A stretch of 64,000 nucleotides of DNA from Dehalococcoidia bacterium (lineage in GTDB: Bacteria; Chloroflexota; Dehalococcoidia; DSTF01; RBG-16-68-14), in contig JBBDXS010000014.1 of NCBI GenBank assembly GCA_040902195.1, positions 143,725-207,724 of the forward strand, given 5' to 3'. This document shows, one piece after another, positions 1-8,749 of the stretch. The notes below the pieces were generated by a model. The model was not told where the DNA came from, made no database searches, and was given only the letters and a program-made list of their open reading frames with translations. The position numbers and the translations under genes are program-made. Each line of letters starts with the position of its first letter. Within the stretch, counting starts at the first letter, position 1.

Positions 1-854
1 GTGTTGACGTTGGAGTGTCCGAGGAGCGTTTGTACGACGCGCAGCTCGGCGCCGTTATCGAGCAGGTGCGTGGCGAACGTGTGGCGCAGTAGGTGCGGGT
101 GCACGCTGCGATCGAGGCCGGAGGCCACCGCGTACTTGCGCACCATCGACTGCACGGCGCGCTGCGAGAGGCGGCCACCGTCTCGGTTCAGGAAGAGGGC
201 CGTTTGCGGACCGTGCGCGAGCGCGGGGCGGCCGTCGTTCAGGTAGCGGCGGACGGCGCGCGCGGCGGGCTCGCCCATCATGACCATGCGCTCGCGCGAG
301 CCCTTCCCGAACACCAGCGCCGTCAGCTCGCCGAGATCGACGTCCTTCACATCGATGCCGACGATCTCGGACACGCGCACGCCGGAGGCGTAGAGCAGCT
401 CGAGGAGCGCGCGATCGCGGAGCTGGTTGGGCTTGTCGCCATCAGCCGCGCCGATCAGCGTCTCGATCTGGGGGAGCGTGAGGAACGTGGGCAGGCGTCG
501 CTCCCGGCGCGGGCCGCGCACGCCGAACATCGGGTCGTCTGGGATCACGCCCTCGTTGCGGAGGTGGCGGTAGAACGAACGCAGCGAGCTCACCTTACGC
601 GTCACGCTGGCTGACGCGACGCCGGACGACACGAGGCCGGAGAGGTAGTCGCGCACGAGGAGCTTATCGAGGGAGGCGAGCGTGGCGTTGCGTTCGTCGA
701 GGAAGTCGAAAAACTGACGGAGGTCTGTCGCGTAGTTACGTAGCGTCAGGAGCGAGAGGTTTTTGCGCGCGCCGATGGTCTCGAGATAGTCAGCGAGCTT
801 GCGTTCGGCGTCGATACGGGCGCGGCGGGCGTCCGGGGCGGTCGCGGTGGCCAT
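1..854 (-). CDS. xerC: Tyrosine site-specific recombinase, XerC/XerD family (C-terminal end runs off the left edge of the window)
   Basis: Not in the ORF track. Manual reverse-complement translation from ATG at 854 gives MATATAPDARRARIDAERKLADYLETIGARKNLSLLTLRNYATDLRQFF...ELLYASGVRVSEIVGIDVKDVD...HPHLLRHTFATHLLDNGAELRVVQTLLGHSNVN, with no stop down to position 1. SAM-like N-domain plus R..HxxR..H catalytic core. Lies next to topA-dprA, as codV-topA-smf does in Bacillus. Confidence 0.85.
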   Translation of the reverse strand, partial: MATATAPDARRARIDAERKLADYLETIGARKNLSLLTLRNYATDLRQFFDFLDERNATLASLDKLLVRDYLSGLVSSGVASASVTRKVSSLRSFYRHLRNEGVIPDDPMFGVRGPRRERRLPTFLTLPQIETLIGAADGDKPNQLRDRALLELLYASGVRVSEIVGIDVKDVDLGELTALVFGKGSRERMVMMGEPAARAVRRYLNDGRPALAHGPQTALFLNRDGGRLSQRAVQSMVRKYAVASGLDRSVHPHLLRHTFATHLLDNGAELRVVQTLLGHSNVN

Positions 855-926
855 GCGTACAGTATGTAAGGGAACGCGCCGCCTGAGAAGTGGGGAGAAC
901 CCTAACGAGAGCCGTCCGCTGCCGGC

Positions 927-947
927 AATCAGCTATCAGCGGGTAGC
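927..947. repeat. Tandem heptanucleotide repeat (AATCAGC TATCAGC GGGTAGC)
   Basis: 7-nt periodic NNTCAGC units read directly. The same unit type occurs at 45544-45571. Confidence 0.55.
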
Positions 948-1037
948 CCCTCACCCCTCTTCCCCTCTCCCGCGTGCGGGAGCGGGGCGATCAGTCATCG
1001 CGCGGATCGTGCCTTGGCGATCGGTCGGGGTGAGGGC
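946..1037. repeat. REP-like compound palindrome (copy 1)
   Basis: Outer arms GCCCCTCACCCC (946-957) and GGGGTGAGGGC (1027-1037). Inner hairpin CCCCTCTCCCGC-GT-GCGGGAGCGGGG (962-987). A close copy in opposite orientation lies at 25903-25942. Confidence 0.6.
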
Positions 1038-1187
1038 GTGACGTAGGGCCACATAGCCATGCGCCCCTACTACCATATTGCGACAGGCTACAGCCTGTCC
1101 CACGAAGTTTGAGTTGTGCGGCGGCGGCGAGGAAGGGGTGCCGCGATTCGCGAGGGGCCAGATCCTTCGCTTCGCTCAGGATGACAC

Positions 1188-3530
1188 TCAGGCTGTGGCG
1201 GCGACGAGCTCGCGGTCGCCGTCAGCGATGCTGCCACGCCAGCCACAGTCGGTGTTCGGGCAGCGAGCGGTCGTCTGGCCGTCGGCGCGGGCACGGCTGC
1301 CCACGGCAACCAGGATGCCTTTGCACTGCGGGCAGGGCTCCGGCAGCGGACGCGACCAGCTTGTGAAGTCGCACTCGGGGTACTTCGCGCAGCCGTAGAA
1401 GATGCGGCGCTGTCGCGTGCGCCGCTCGACGATGTCGCCGGCGCACTTCGGGCAGGCGACGCCGACCTTCTTGAGCAGCGGCTTGCTGCCCTTGCAGTCG
1501 GGGTAGCGCGAACAGGCGAGGAACTTGCCGAAGCGTCCGCCCCGCATCACCATGTCGGCGGCGCATTCCGGGCACTTCTCGTCCGTAACCTCCGGCTCGC
1601 CGTCGGAGTCGAGCGGCTTGGTGTTGCGGCACTCCGGGAAGCCGGAGCAAGCAAGGAACTGGCCGAAGCGGCCCCAGCGCTTGATCATGGGCTTGCCGCA
1701 CTTCTCGCAGAGCTCGTCTGTCACCTCTTCGACGCGAGGCGCGTCGGCGGCCTTCTCGACGAGCGCCTGGAGCGGTTCGTAGATCTCACGCACGACAGGC
1801 TCCCAGGCGATCTCGCCGCGAGCGATCTCGTCGAGCTCCTCCTCCATGCTGGCCGTGAAGCCGACATCGAAGACGTCCTTGAAGTGCTCCATCAGCATGT
1901 CGTTGACGACGAAGCCGAGCTCCTGCGGGAAGAGCGTGCGCCCTTCGCGCTTCACGTAGGCGCGGTCCTGGATCGTCGAGAGGATCGCAGCGTACGTGCT
2001 CGGCCTGCCTATTCCGTTCTCCTCGAGCGCCTTCACGAGCGTGGCCTCTGTGTAGCGAGGGGGCGGCTCGGTGAAGTGCTGGTCGGGACGGACGTTAATG
2101 GAGCGAAGCGCGTCGCCCTGGGCGAGCTCAGGTAGCGCGCGAGGGGGCTCCTCCTCTTCCTCGTCGTCATCGCGCATCTCCTCGTAGAGCTGGCGATAGC
2201 CGGCGAAGCGCAGGACGCTCTCGGTGACGCGGAGCAGGAACGCCTTCGAGGCATCCTTTTCTGAACCGACGCTCAAGGCGTCGGGAGCACCGGGCTGCGC
2301 GTTCACTTCGATCGTGGTCTGGTCGAGGATGGCGTCTGCCATCTGGCAGGCGACGAATCGTTGCCAGACGAGCTGGTAGAGACGGAACTGATCGCGGCTG
2401 AGGACATGCCGGAGCGCGGAGGGATCGCGCGCGACGGACGTCGGGCGGATGGCCTCGTGGGCCTCCTGCGCGCCCTTGGCCTTGGTGCGATAGACCCGCG
2501 GCGAAGGCGGCACGAAATCGTTGCCGTAGCGCTGCCCGATGTACGCGCGCGCCTCACTCCGGGCCGACTCGGCGATGTTCATGGAGTCCGTACGCATATA
2601 CGTGATAAGACCGGTCTGACCCTCGCCGGGCAGCTCGAGACCTTCGTAGAGCTGCTGCGCGACGGACATCGTGCGGCGGGCCGTGAAGCCGAGCCGGCGC
2701 GACGCCTCCTGCTGCAGCGTGCTCGTCGTGAACGGAGGCGCGGGCTTACGCGACTGGGGCTTCTGCTTGACCTCGGTCACGGTGTACGCGGACGAGCCGA
2801 GCAGGCCGTTCAGCCGTTCGGCTTCAGCGCCGTTCGGAATCTGGAACTTCTTCTCCCCTACTGGGCCGACGAGGCGCACGGAGAAGCCCGGCTCGACGCC
2901 GGCCTTCTCCACATCGACATCGATAGTCCAGTACTCCACCGGAACGAAGCTCGTGATCTCGCGCTCGCGCTCGACGACGATGCGCAACGCGACGGACTGC
3001 ACGCGCCCGGCCGAAAGCCCGCGGCGGATCTTCTTCCACAGGATGGGGCTGACCTTGTAGCCGACGAGGCGGTCGAGGACGCGGCGCGCCTGCTGCGCAT
3101 CGACGAGATGTTGATCGATCGTGCGCGGGTGCTTGAACGCCTCGAGTACGGCGTCCTTCGTGATTTCGTGAAAAACGACGCGCTGGTGCGGGCGGTCCTG
3201 CAGGTCCGCCGCCTCGACGAGGTGCCACGAGATCGCCTCGCCCTCACGGTCGGGGTCTGTTGCGAGATAGATGGTCTCGGCGCCGGCGGCGGCCTTCTTG
3301 AGCTCTTTGACGACAGCTGCCTTCTCCTTGGGCACGAGGTAGCGCGGCGCAAAGCCGTTGTCGACGTCGACACCGAGGCGCGTCTTCGGAAGATCGCGCA
3401 CGTGGCCGACCGAGGAGCGGATATCGTACTCGGAACCAAGGATGCCTGCGAGCGTCCGCGCCTTCGCGGGCGACTCGACGATGACGAGGCTCTTGCCCTT
3501 CTTCTTCTTGCGTGTCTTCTTCTCTGCCAT
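1188..3530 (-). CDS. topA: DNA topoisomerase I (type IA)
   Basis: 780-aa ORF. Toprim N-terminus (KSLVIVESPAKARTLAGILG), type IA core, and four C-terminal C4 zinc ribbons (CEKCGKPM..CSGFPEC, CPECAADM..CSRYPDC, CPKCAGDI..CAKYPEC, CPQCKG..CPNTDC). AAGAAGGAA SD lies before the ATG. Confidence 0.95.
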   Translation of the reverse strand: MAEKKTRKKKKGKSLVIVESPAKARTLAGILGSEYDIRSSVGHVRDLPKTRLGVDVDNGFAPRYLVPKEKAAVVKELKKAAAGAETIYLATDPDREGEAISWHLVEAADLQDRPHQRVVFHEITKDAVLEAFKHPRTIDQHLVDAQQARRVLDRLVGYKVSPILWKKIRRGLSAGRVQSVALRIVVEREREITSFVPVEYWTIDVDVEKAGVEPGFSVRLVGPVGEKKFQIPNGAEAERLNGLLGSSAYTVTEVKQKPQSRKPAPPFTTSTLQQEASRRLGFTARRTMSVAQQLYEGLELPGEGQTGLITYMRTDSMNIAESARSEARAYIGQRYGNDFVPPSPRVYRTKAKGAQEAHEAIRPTSVARDPSALRHVLSRDQFRLYQLVWQRFVACQMADAILDQTTIEVNAQPGAPDALSVGSEKDASKAFLLRVTESVLRFAGYRQLYEEMRDDDEEEEEPPRALPELAQGDALRSINVRPDQHFTEPPPRYTEATLVKALEENGIGRPSTYAAILSTIQDRAYVKREGRTLFPQELGFVVNDMLMEHFKDVFDVGFTASMEEELDEIARGEIAWEPVVREIYEPLQALVEKAADAPRVEEVTDELCEKCGKPMIKRWGRFGQFLACSGFPECRNTKPLDSDGEPEVTDEKCPECAADMVMRGGRFGKFLACSRYPDCKGSKPLLKKVGVACPKCAGDIVERRTRQRRIFYGCAKYPECDFTSWSRPLPEPCPQCKGILVAVGSRARADGQTTARCPNTDCGWRGSIADGDRELVAATA

Positions 3531-3539
3531 GGTTCCTTC

Positions 3540-4652
3540 TTAACTCACTGTTGCGGGCGCGCGTGCGGCCCGCACGTAATTCATGTTACCAACGTGACGC
3601 ACCATGCCCTTCAACTCAAGCATAGCAAGCGCGCTGCTGACAACATCGATGGCGAGGCCGCTCTTGCGGCGGACATCATCGATATGTATCGGCTCCGATG
3701 AGAGCGCCTGCAATAGGAGAGCTTCCGTATCATCGGCGGGAAGCAGCTCCTTAGCTTCCATCTGGTGCGCTGCCATCGTCAGGTTCAGCTCCTCCAGCAC
3801 GTCTTCGATCCGCGTCACCAGCTTCGCGTGGCCGTTCTGGATCAGCCAGTTCGTGCCGCGGAAGGTAGGCGTGTAAATGCTGCCGGGCACCGCGAAGACC
3901 TCTCGATTCTCGTCGAGGGCGATCCGCGCGGTGATCATGGCGCCGCTCTTGAGGTCGCCCTCGATAACGAGGACGCCCAGCGCGAGGCCGACCATGATGC
4001 GATTGCGCCTCGGGAAGAACTCACTGCGCGGCTGCGTTCCGAGCGGGTAGTCACTGACGAGCGCGCCCCGTTCCGCGATGTCCTGCGCGAGCTTCATGTT
4101 CTCGGGCGGGTACACGAGATCGAGACCGCAGGCGAGGACGGCAATCGTCCGTCCGCCGGCCTGCAGCACCGTCTTGTGCGCGATGGAATCGATGCCGCGC
4201 GCGAGACCCGAAACGGCCGTCACGCCGTTTTGGGCGAGGCCCATCGCGAACTCTTCGGCAGCCTGGCGGCCGTAGACGGTCGCGCGGCGCGTGCCGACGA
4301 CGCTCACCGACCATTCGTCCGCGGGAGTCAGCGTCCCCCGGACGTAGAGGACGGGCGGCCGGTCGTAGATCTCCTTCAGGCTGGAGGGGTACGACTCGTC
4401 GTGCCAGGTGAGCGCCTGGACCCGAGCGCGCTCGAGTCGCTCCATCTCGTCCGCGGGCGAGACCGCGTCGCGGGCGGACAGCAACGCCGAGAGCACGGAG
4501 CCGGAGAGGCCCGCCTGCTGCAGCTCGGCGGGGCTCGCCTTCCAGGCGTCCTCCAGATTGCCGAAGTGGGCTTCGAGTAGCGAAAAGCGCGCCCGGCCGA
4601 TTTGGGGGACGCGCCCGAAGGCGACCCAGTACTGGAGCTCGTTCTTATCCAT
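3540..4652 (-). CDS. dprA: DNA-processing protein DprA
   Basis: Track ORF 3540..5165 trimmed to the in-frame ATG at 4652 (MDKNELQYWVAFGRVPQIG...). DprA Rossmann core GLARGIDSIAHKTVLQAGGRTIAVLACGLDLVYPPEN. The upstream 171 codons are Ser/Arg/Ala shadow sequence. Confidence 0.85.
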   Translation of the reverse strand: MDKNELQYWVAFGRVPQIGRARFSLLEAHFGNLEDAWKASPAELQQAGLSGSVLSALLSARDAVSPADEMERLERARVQALTWHDESYPSSLKEIYDRPPVLYVRGTLTPADEWSVSVVGTRRATVYGRQAAEEFAMGLAQNGVTAVSGLARGIDSIAHKTVLQAGGRTIAVLACGLDLVYPPENMKLAQDIAERGALVSDYPLGTQPRSEFFPRRNRIMVGLALGVLVIEGDLKSGAMITARIALDENREVFAVPGSIYTPTFRGTNWLIQNGHAKLVTRIEDVLEELNLTMAAHQMEAKELLPADDTEALLLQALSSEPIHIDDVRRKSGLAIDVVSSALAMLELKGMVRHVGNMNYVRAARAPATVS

Positions 4653-4791
4653 TGTATCCCATGGCGCAAGGGGTCCTCTGGCCCAAGCGGCCCTTCCGCA
4701 GACCCTAACGGAGTGGAAGGCGTTCGCGCAAGGGGCTGGCAGACCCTGGAACCCAGAACCAAGAACGGGGGAGCAGTATCGGCGGGCGAAG

Positions 4792-6075
4792 CTAGGCAGG
4801 CTGGGATTCGGCGGCTTCCGGGGCGTGGTCACGCTTTGTGACGCGGACCTTTTTGATACGGCGGCCGAGGACGGAGAGCACGCGGAGCGTGATGCCATCG
4901 GTCGAAATCTCGTCGCCGGGGGAGGGCATGCGGCCCAGCTCGTGGTAGATGAAGCCCCCGAGCGTATCGAAGTCCTCGCTCTCGATCTCGAGGTGGAACA
5001 TCTCGTTGAGGGCGTCGAGGCTGACGCGCGCGTCGAGGATCGCCTCCGATTCGTTGAGGCGCTCGACGGTGACCTCCTCACGATCGTACTCGTCCTGGAT
5101 CTCGCCGACGATCTCCTCGAGGACGTCCTCGATGGTGACGAGACCTGCGGTGCCGCCGTACTCATCGACGACGATCGCCATGTGCACCTTGTGCTCTTGC
5201 AGCTCCGCGAGCAGCTCCGCGATGTGCTTGCCTTCGGGGACGAAGTACGGCGGGCGCGAGATCTCGCGTAGCGATGACGGGCGCTTGTTCTCCGCCAGGA
5301 ACTTCAGGATGTCCTTCGCATAGACGATGCCGACCAGGTTGTCGATCGTCTCGTCGTAGAGCGGTATGCGGCTGTAGCCACGCTCGACCACGAGCCGGAG
5401 CACATCGTCCACCGTCGCGTCCGTGTCGACGGCGATCATGTCGATGCGCGGGACCATCACCTCGCGCACCGCGCGGTCGGCCATGTTGGCGACGCGGCGC
5501 ATGATGGCGAGCTCGCCGTTCTCGGTCCCGTTGCCTTCGTGCATCTCGACAAGGCGCAGGAGCTCTTCGTCTTCCTCGGCCGCCTCGGCGCTCTCGTCCA
5601 CAGGCACCGGCTTCGTGACGGCGCCGGCGACCATATCGAGCAGGCGCGCGGGCACGCCGAACAGGAGGCGGAACATGCTGATAGCCGGGACCAAGCGCAG
5701 GCTCCAGCGCTCCGGGCTATGCGCGACGACCAATCGCGAGAAGCCCTCAAGCAACACGAGCGCGACGACCGACACCGACATCGTGGCGGCGAGCGCCGAC
5801 CAGCTATCGCCAGCCTCCCGCAGGACGAGAAACGTGCCGACCGCGATGCCGAGCACGACTGCGGTGTCGCGCGCGACGGCGAGCGTGCCGAGCAAGACCT
5901 GTCGCTCCTGGATGTAGGTCTCGAGCGAGACGGCGCGCGGCAAGCCTTTCGAGGCGTACGCCCGCACGCGCAGGCGGCTGATGAAGACGACGCCGGCCTC
6001 GGCCGCGGTCGCAATCGCGAGCACGACGGCGGCGGCGGCGATGAGCGCGATGCCCACCCACGTATCACCGGTCAT
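4792..6075 (-). CDS. HlyC/CorC-family transporter (DUF21 TM region + tandem CBS + CorC_HlyC domain)
   Basis: Track ORF 4792..6666 trimmed to ATG 6075 (MTGDTWVGIALIAAAAVVLAIATAAEAG...). TM N-terminus, CBS pair (VREVMVPRIDMIAV..., YSRIPLY), and a C-terminal transporter-associated domain. ATGA overlap with the stop of the upstream gene (6072-6075). Confidence 0.85.
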   Translation of the reverse strand: MTGDTWVGIALIAAAAVVLAIATAAEAGVVFISRLRVRAYASKGLPRAVSLETYIQERQVLLGTLAVARDTAVVLGIAVGTFLVLREAGDSWSALAATMSVSVVALVLLEGFSRLVVAHSPERWSLRLVPAISMFRLLFGVPARLLDMVAGAVTKPVPVDESAEAAEEDEELLRLVEMHEGNGTENGELAIMRRVANMADRAVREVMVPRIDMIAVDTDATVDDVLRLVVERGYSRIPLYDETIDNLVGIVYAKDILKFLAENKRPSSLREISRPPYFVPEGKHIAELLAELQEHKVHMAIVVDEYGGTAGLVTIEDVLEEIVGEIQDEYDREEVTVERLNESEAILDARVSLDALNEMFHLEIESEDFDTLGGFIYHELGRMPSPGDEISTDGITLRVLSVLGRRIKKVRVTKRDHAPEAAESQPA

Positions 6076-7334
6076 CGCCCGCGCTCCGGAAGCAACGATT
6101 CGCCGTCGGCGACATCGCGGAAGACATTCTGTCCCGGGCCGACGACGGCCCCCGCGCCAATCTTGACGCCAGGCATGATGTTCGTTCCGACGCCGAACTT
6201 CGCGCCGGCGCCGGCGATCATGCCGAGCTTGTCCTTTCCGGAATCGATACGTTCGCCGCGCACGGTCGATTGCACGTTGCGCTGATCGAGGCGGAAGTTC
6301 GCCGTGATCGATCCGAAGCCGAGCAGGACGTCGCGTTCGAGGACGCTGTCGCCGATGTAGTTGTGATGGAGCTGGCATCGTTCGCCGAGGTAGCTGCGCG
6401 CGACTTCGCTGCCGAAGCCGACGACGGAGCCGTCGCCGATGACGGACTCGCGTACGAGAGCGTTGTTGCCGATGACGGCTCGGTGGCCGACGACAGCCGG
6501 CGCGGCGACGTGGCCACCCGGATAGACGCGGACGTCCTCGCCGAAGAAGACGCCCGGCTCGACCTGCGTGTAGCCCGGGGCGGGCGACGCGCTGCCGTCG
6601 CGGAGCTGATCGAGCAGGAGCGCCATCACCTCGAGCACGTGCCAGGGGTACTTGAGCGGCTGCCACGCGCCCTCGTAGCGAACGGGCGCGAATCGATGCT
6701 CGCGCAGCAGACTGGTGATCGCGCGCTCGTAAGCATCGTCGCTCTCGGTCTGCTGCACCTCGCGTGTGAGCTGACGGAAGAGCGGGCGCGCGTCGGCGAA
6801 GAGATGCGCGACGATCGTAACGAGATCGCTCGGCTCGGAGCCGGGCGCGGGCTTCTCGATGATTCCCGCGACGCGGTCGCCGTCGAGCGTGAGGTAGCCG
6901 CCCGGGAAGTACTGCTCCGTCGCGAACGCAGCGAGGTAGCCGTCGCTCGAGCCGTGGCTTGCAACATCGACGACACGTTTGTGGAACGAAGCGTCGACGA
7001 CGTCGTGCGGCTGCGTGACGTAGACGGGACGGGCGAGTTCGTTCTCGCCGAGCTGGGCCATCGCGCTGAGGACGCCGCCGGCCATGCCGGACGCGCCGGT
7101 CTGGACGACGACGCTCGTGTCCGCGTCCGACTGCTCGCGCAGCATGGCGGCGTTGTCATCGCTCGCGACGAGGACGAATCGCTGGAGGCCGGCGTGCCGC
7201 AAACGGTCGATATGCAGATCGACGAGTGTGCGGCCCGCGAAGCGCAGCGCGTGCTTATCGCGAACGGGCCACATGCGCGAGCTGGCGCCCGCCGCGAGCA
7301 CGATGCCGAGGACGTCGTTCGGCTTCATAAGCAA
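6072..7334 (-). CDS. Sugar-phosphate nucleotidyltransferase with C-terminal left-handed beta-helix (GlmU/RmlA-like architecture, substrate unknown)
   Basis: N-terminal NTP-transferase motif GIVLAAGASSRMWP. C-terminal hexapeptide repeats (VIGNNALVRESVIGDGSVVGFGSEV..., GAGAKFGVGTNIMPGVKIGAGAVVG). Confidence 0.7.
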   Translation of the reverse strand: MLMKPNDVLGIVLAAGASSRMWPVRDKHALRFAGRTLVDLHIDRLRHAGLQRFVLVASDDNAAMLREQSDADTSVVVQTGASGMAGGVLSAMAQLGENELARPVYVTQPHDVVDASFHKRVVDVASHGSSDGYLAAFATEQYFPGGYLTLDGDRVAGIIEKPAPGSEPSDLVTIVAHLFADARPLFRQLTREVQQTESDDAYERAITSLLREHRFAPVRYEGAWQPLKYPWHVLEVMALLLDQLRDGSASPAPGYTQVEPGVFFGEDVRVYPGGHVAAPAVVGHRAVIGNNALVRESVIGDGSVVGFGSEVARSYLGERCQLHHNYIGDSVLERDVLLGFGSITANFRLDQRNVQSTVRGERIDSGKDKLGMIAGAGAKFGVGTNIMPGVKIGAGAVVGPGQNVFRDVADGESLLPERGR

Positions 7335-7570
7335 GGTTGGCGGAATAACGAAAGGTTAGGGGTCATATGTGTGGCGAGACGTTCGCGCATCCAGGCGCGG
7401 CGATCAAGCGCGGAGCATAGTCGAGTGGAGATGGGGCCGCATGGCCCCGGCCGCCGATTGGCGGCTATCCGGAGGTTCGTCTTCTGGTTGCACTAGCAAG
7501 CGCGTGCTCACCTCAGCCTTACGTAATCGTAGCTACGCCGCGGCGGGGCTGTCAAGTTAGGGACTTCCCT

Positions 7571-7628
7571 TAGGTATCGGTACGAACGTAAACGCGCTCC
7601 AGGGGCATTGGACGCGCGCCGATACCTA
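7571..7628. other. Nested stem-loop element in the 419-nt divergent spacer (function unknown)
   Basis: Perfect 10-bp outer stem TAGGTATCGG (7571-7580) / CCGATACCTA (7619-7628). It encloses an inner bulged 9-bp hairpin CGCGCTCCA-GGGGCAT-TGGACGCGCG. Strand not determinable. Confidence 0.3.
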
Positions 7629-7753
7629 CGTAGGAACAAGGAACCAGGCTGCCAGCCCTCAGGAGTCTGGCGTCAGGGTCTTGGGGGAAGCGTGAAGGCG
7701 TAGGTAGGTTCGCGGGTCGCGGAATCTACAGGAGAGAGGTCTGGACCCGCCGG

Positions 7754-8734
7754 ATGACAATGTCTTCGAACGAAGCGCAAAGCGCCGTCTCGCCGGCGAA
7801 CTGGAAGCGGCTCTACCTGGCGACGGCGGCCTTCCTGCTGGCCGCGGAGGCGCTCCTCATCTATTACGGCTCGGCGCTGACGACGCCGCTCGTGCTGCTG
7901 ATCCTGCTGATCGTCTTCGCCCGCCCCGGGCAGAAGCTGCGCTTCGTGCGCGACTTCGGGCCCTTCCTACTCGTGCTGTTCGCGTACTACTCGATGTGGG
8001 GATCGGCGGACGACTTGCGGGGCTCCGTCATGGTGATGCCCCAGATCGAAGCCGAGCGGTTCCTGTTCGCGGGACATCTCCCCACGGTGGTGATGCAAAA
8101 CGCGCTCTATGACCCTGACCACGCGCACTGGTATGACTACGCCGCGGTAGTGGCGCACCTCTCGCACTTCATCTTGCCGATCCTCTTCGCGGCGATCATC
8201 TGGCAGCATCACCGGCATCTGCACCTGCGCTTCATGTCGACATACCTGCTGCTGGCCTACGCGGGGTTCCTGACGTTCCTGCTTATGCCTTCGGCGCCGC
8301 CCTGGTGGGCCGCGCGCGAAGGCTACATCGATCAGGTCTACCTCGTCCACCGGACCGTGCCGGGCCTTGCGCGCATCTACTCGGAGGTGAGCGCGAACCC
8401 CGTCGCCGCGATCCCGTCGCTGCACGCGGCGTTCCCGTGGATGCTCTATCTGTTCACGATCAAGATCTGGGGACGCAAGGCGCTGCCTGTGATCGTTTAC
8501 CCGATCTTCATCTGGTGGTCTATCGTCTACTCAGGACACCACTACTTCGTCGATGCGATCGCGGGGGTGATCTACGCGACGGCGGCGTACTACGCGCTGA
8601 GCGGCCACCCGTACGGGCTGGCCGTGCGCGCGTTCCGATGGCTGGGCGGCGCCGGCGCGCCCGCGCAGGGCATTGAGGGGCAGGCGGCGGGCCCCGATGC
8701 GCTGCCGTTGCCATCTAATGAGCGCGCAGCGTAG
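7754..8734 (+). CDS. PAP2-superfamily membrane phosphatase/phosphotransferase (PAP2_3/Aur1-like)
   Basis: 326 aa, polytopic. Motifs IPSLHAAFPW and YSGHHYFVDAIAGVIY fit the PAP2 C2/C3 His/Asp motifs. Confidence 0.65.
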   Translation: MTMSSNEAQSAVSPANWKRLYLATAAFLLAAEALLIYYGSALTTPLVLLILLIVFARPGQKLRFVRDFGPFLLVLFAYYSMWGSADDLRGSVMVMPQIEAERFLFAGHLPTVVMQNALYDPDHAHWYDYAAVVAHLSHFILPILFAAIIWQHHRHLHLRFMSTYLLLAYAGFLTFLLMPSAPPWWAAREGYIDQVYLVHRTVPGLARIYSEVSANPVAAIPSLHAAFPWMLYLFTIKIWGRKALPVIVYPIFIWWSIVYSGHHYFVDAIAGVIYATAAYYALSGHPYGLAVRAFRWLGGAGAPAQGIEGQAAGPDALPLPSNERAA

Positions 8735-8749
8735 CAGGAGCGCGAGAGC

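Noticed and set aside
1-854. The tyrosine recombinase as a marker of a prophage or integrative element at the left edge.
   Set aside because: It has a XerC/D-type sequence and the conserved chromosomal xerC-topA-dprA neighbourhood. There is no adjacent tRNA or att-like direct repeat, and no phage or IS genes lie within the window.
2361-3701. Long alternative-frame or antisense ORFs listed in the track: 2361..3701 +, 9026..10786 -, 15741..17093 +, 18082..19461 +, 21937..23487 +, 24077..25120 +, 26669..28165 +, 29235..30257 -, 33268..34281 -, 55356..57554 +, 57256..58737 -, 58960..60339 -, 59610..61010 +.
   Set aside because: They lie opposite, or out of frame to, ORFs with clear family motifs. 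They are Arg/Ala/Pro/Gly-rich low-complexity translations with no motifs. Their length is the expected consequence of stop-codon scarcity in GC-rich DNA.
4653-5165. N-terminal extensions of track ORFs: 3540..5165, 4792..6666, 23915..25798, 55614..57644, 35243..36211, 41719..42765, 45690..48452, 60375..61781.
   Set aside because: The extensions are Ser/Arg/Pro-rich, overlap the preceding gene or promoter region, and precede an internal start where recognisable domain sequence (often with an SD or an ATGA junction) begins. I trimmed them to the internal start.
7335-7753. Housekeeping RNA (RNase P RNA, SRP/4.5S RNA, tmRNA, 6S) in the large spacer.
   Set aside because: I found no GGAAAGUCCGG-type RNase P P4 sequence, no GGAAGCAGCC SRP domain IV motif, and no tRNA-like tmRNA ends. 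The region is left as an unassigned structured element.
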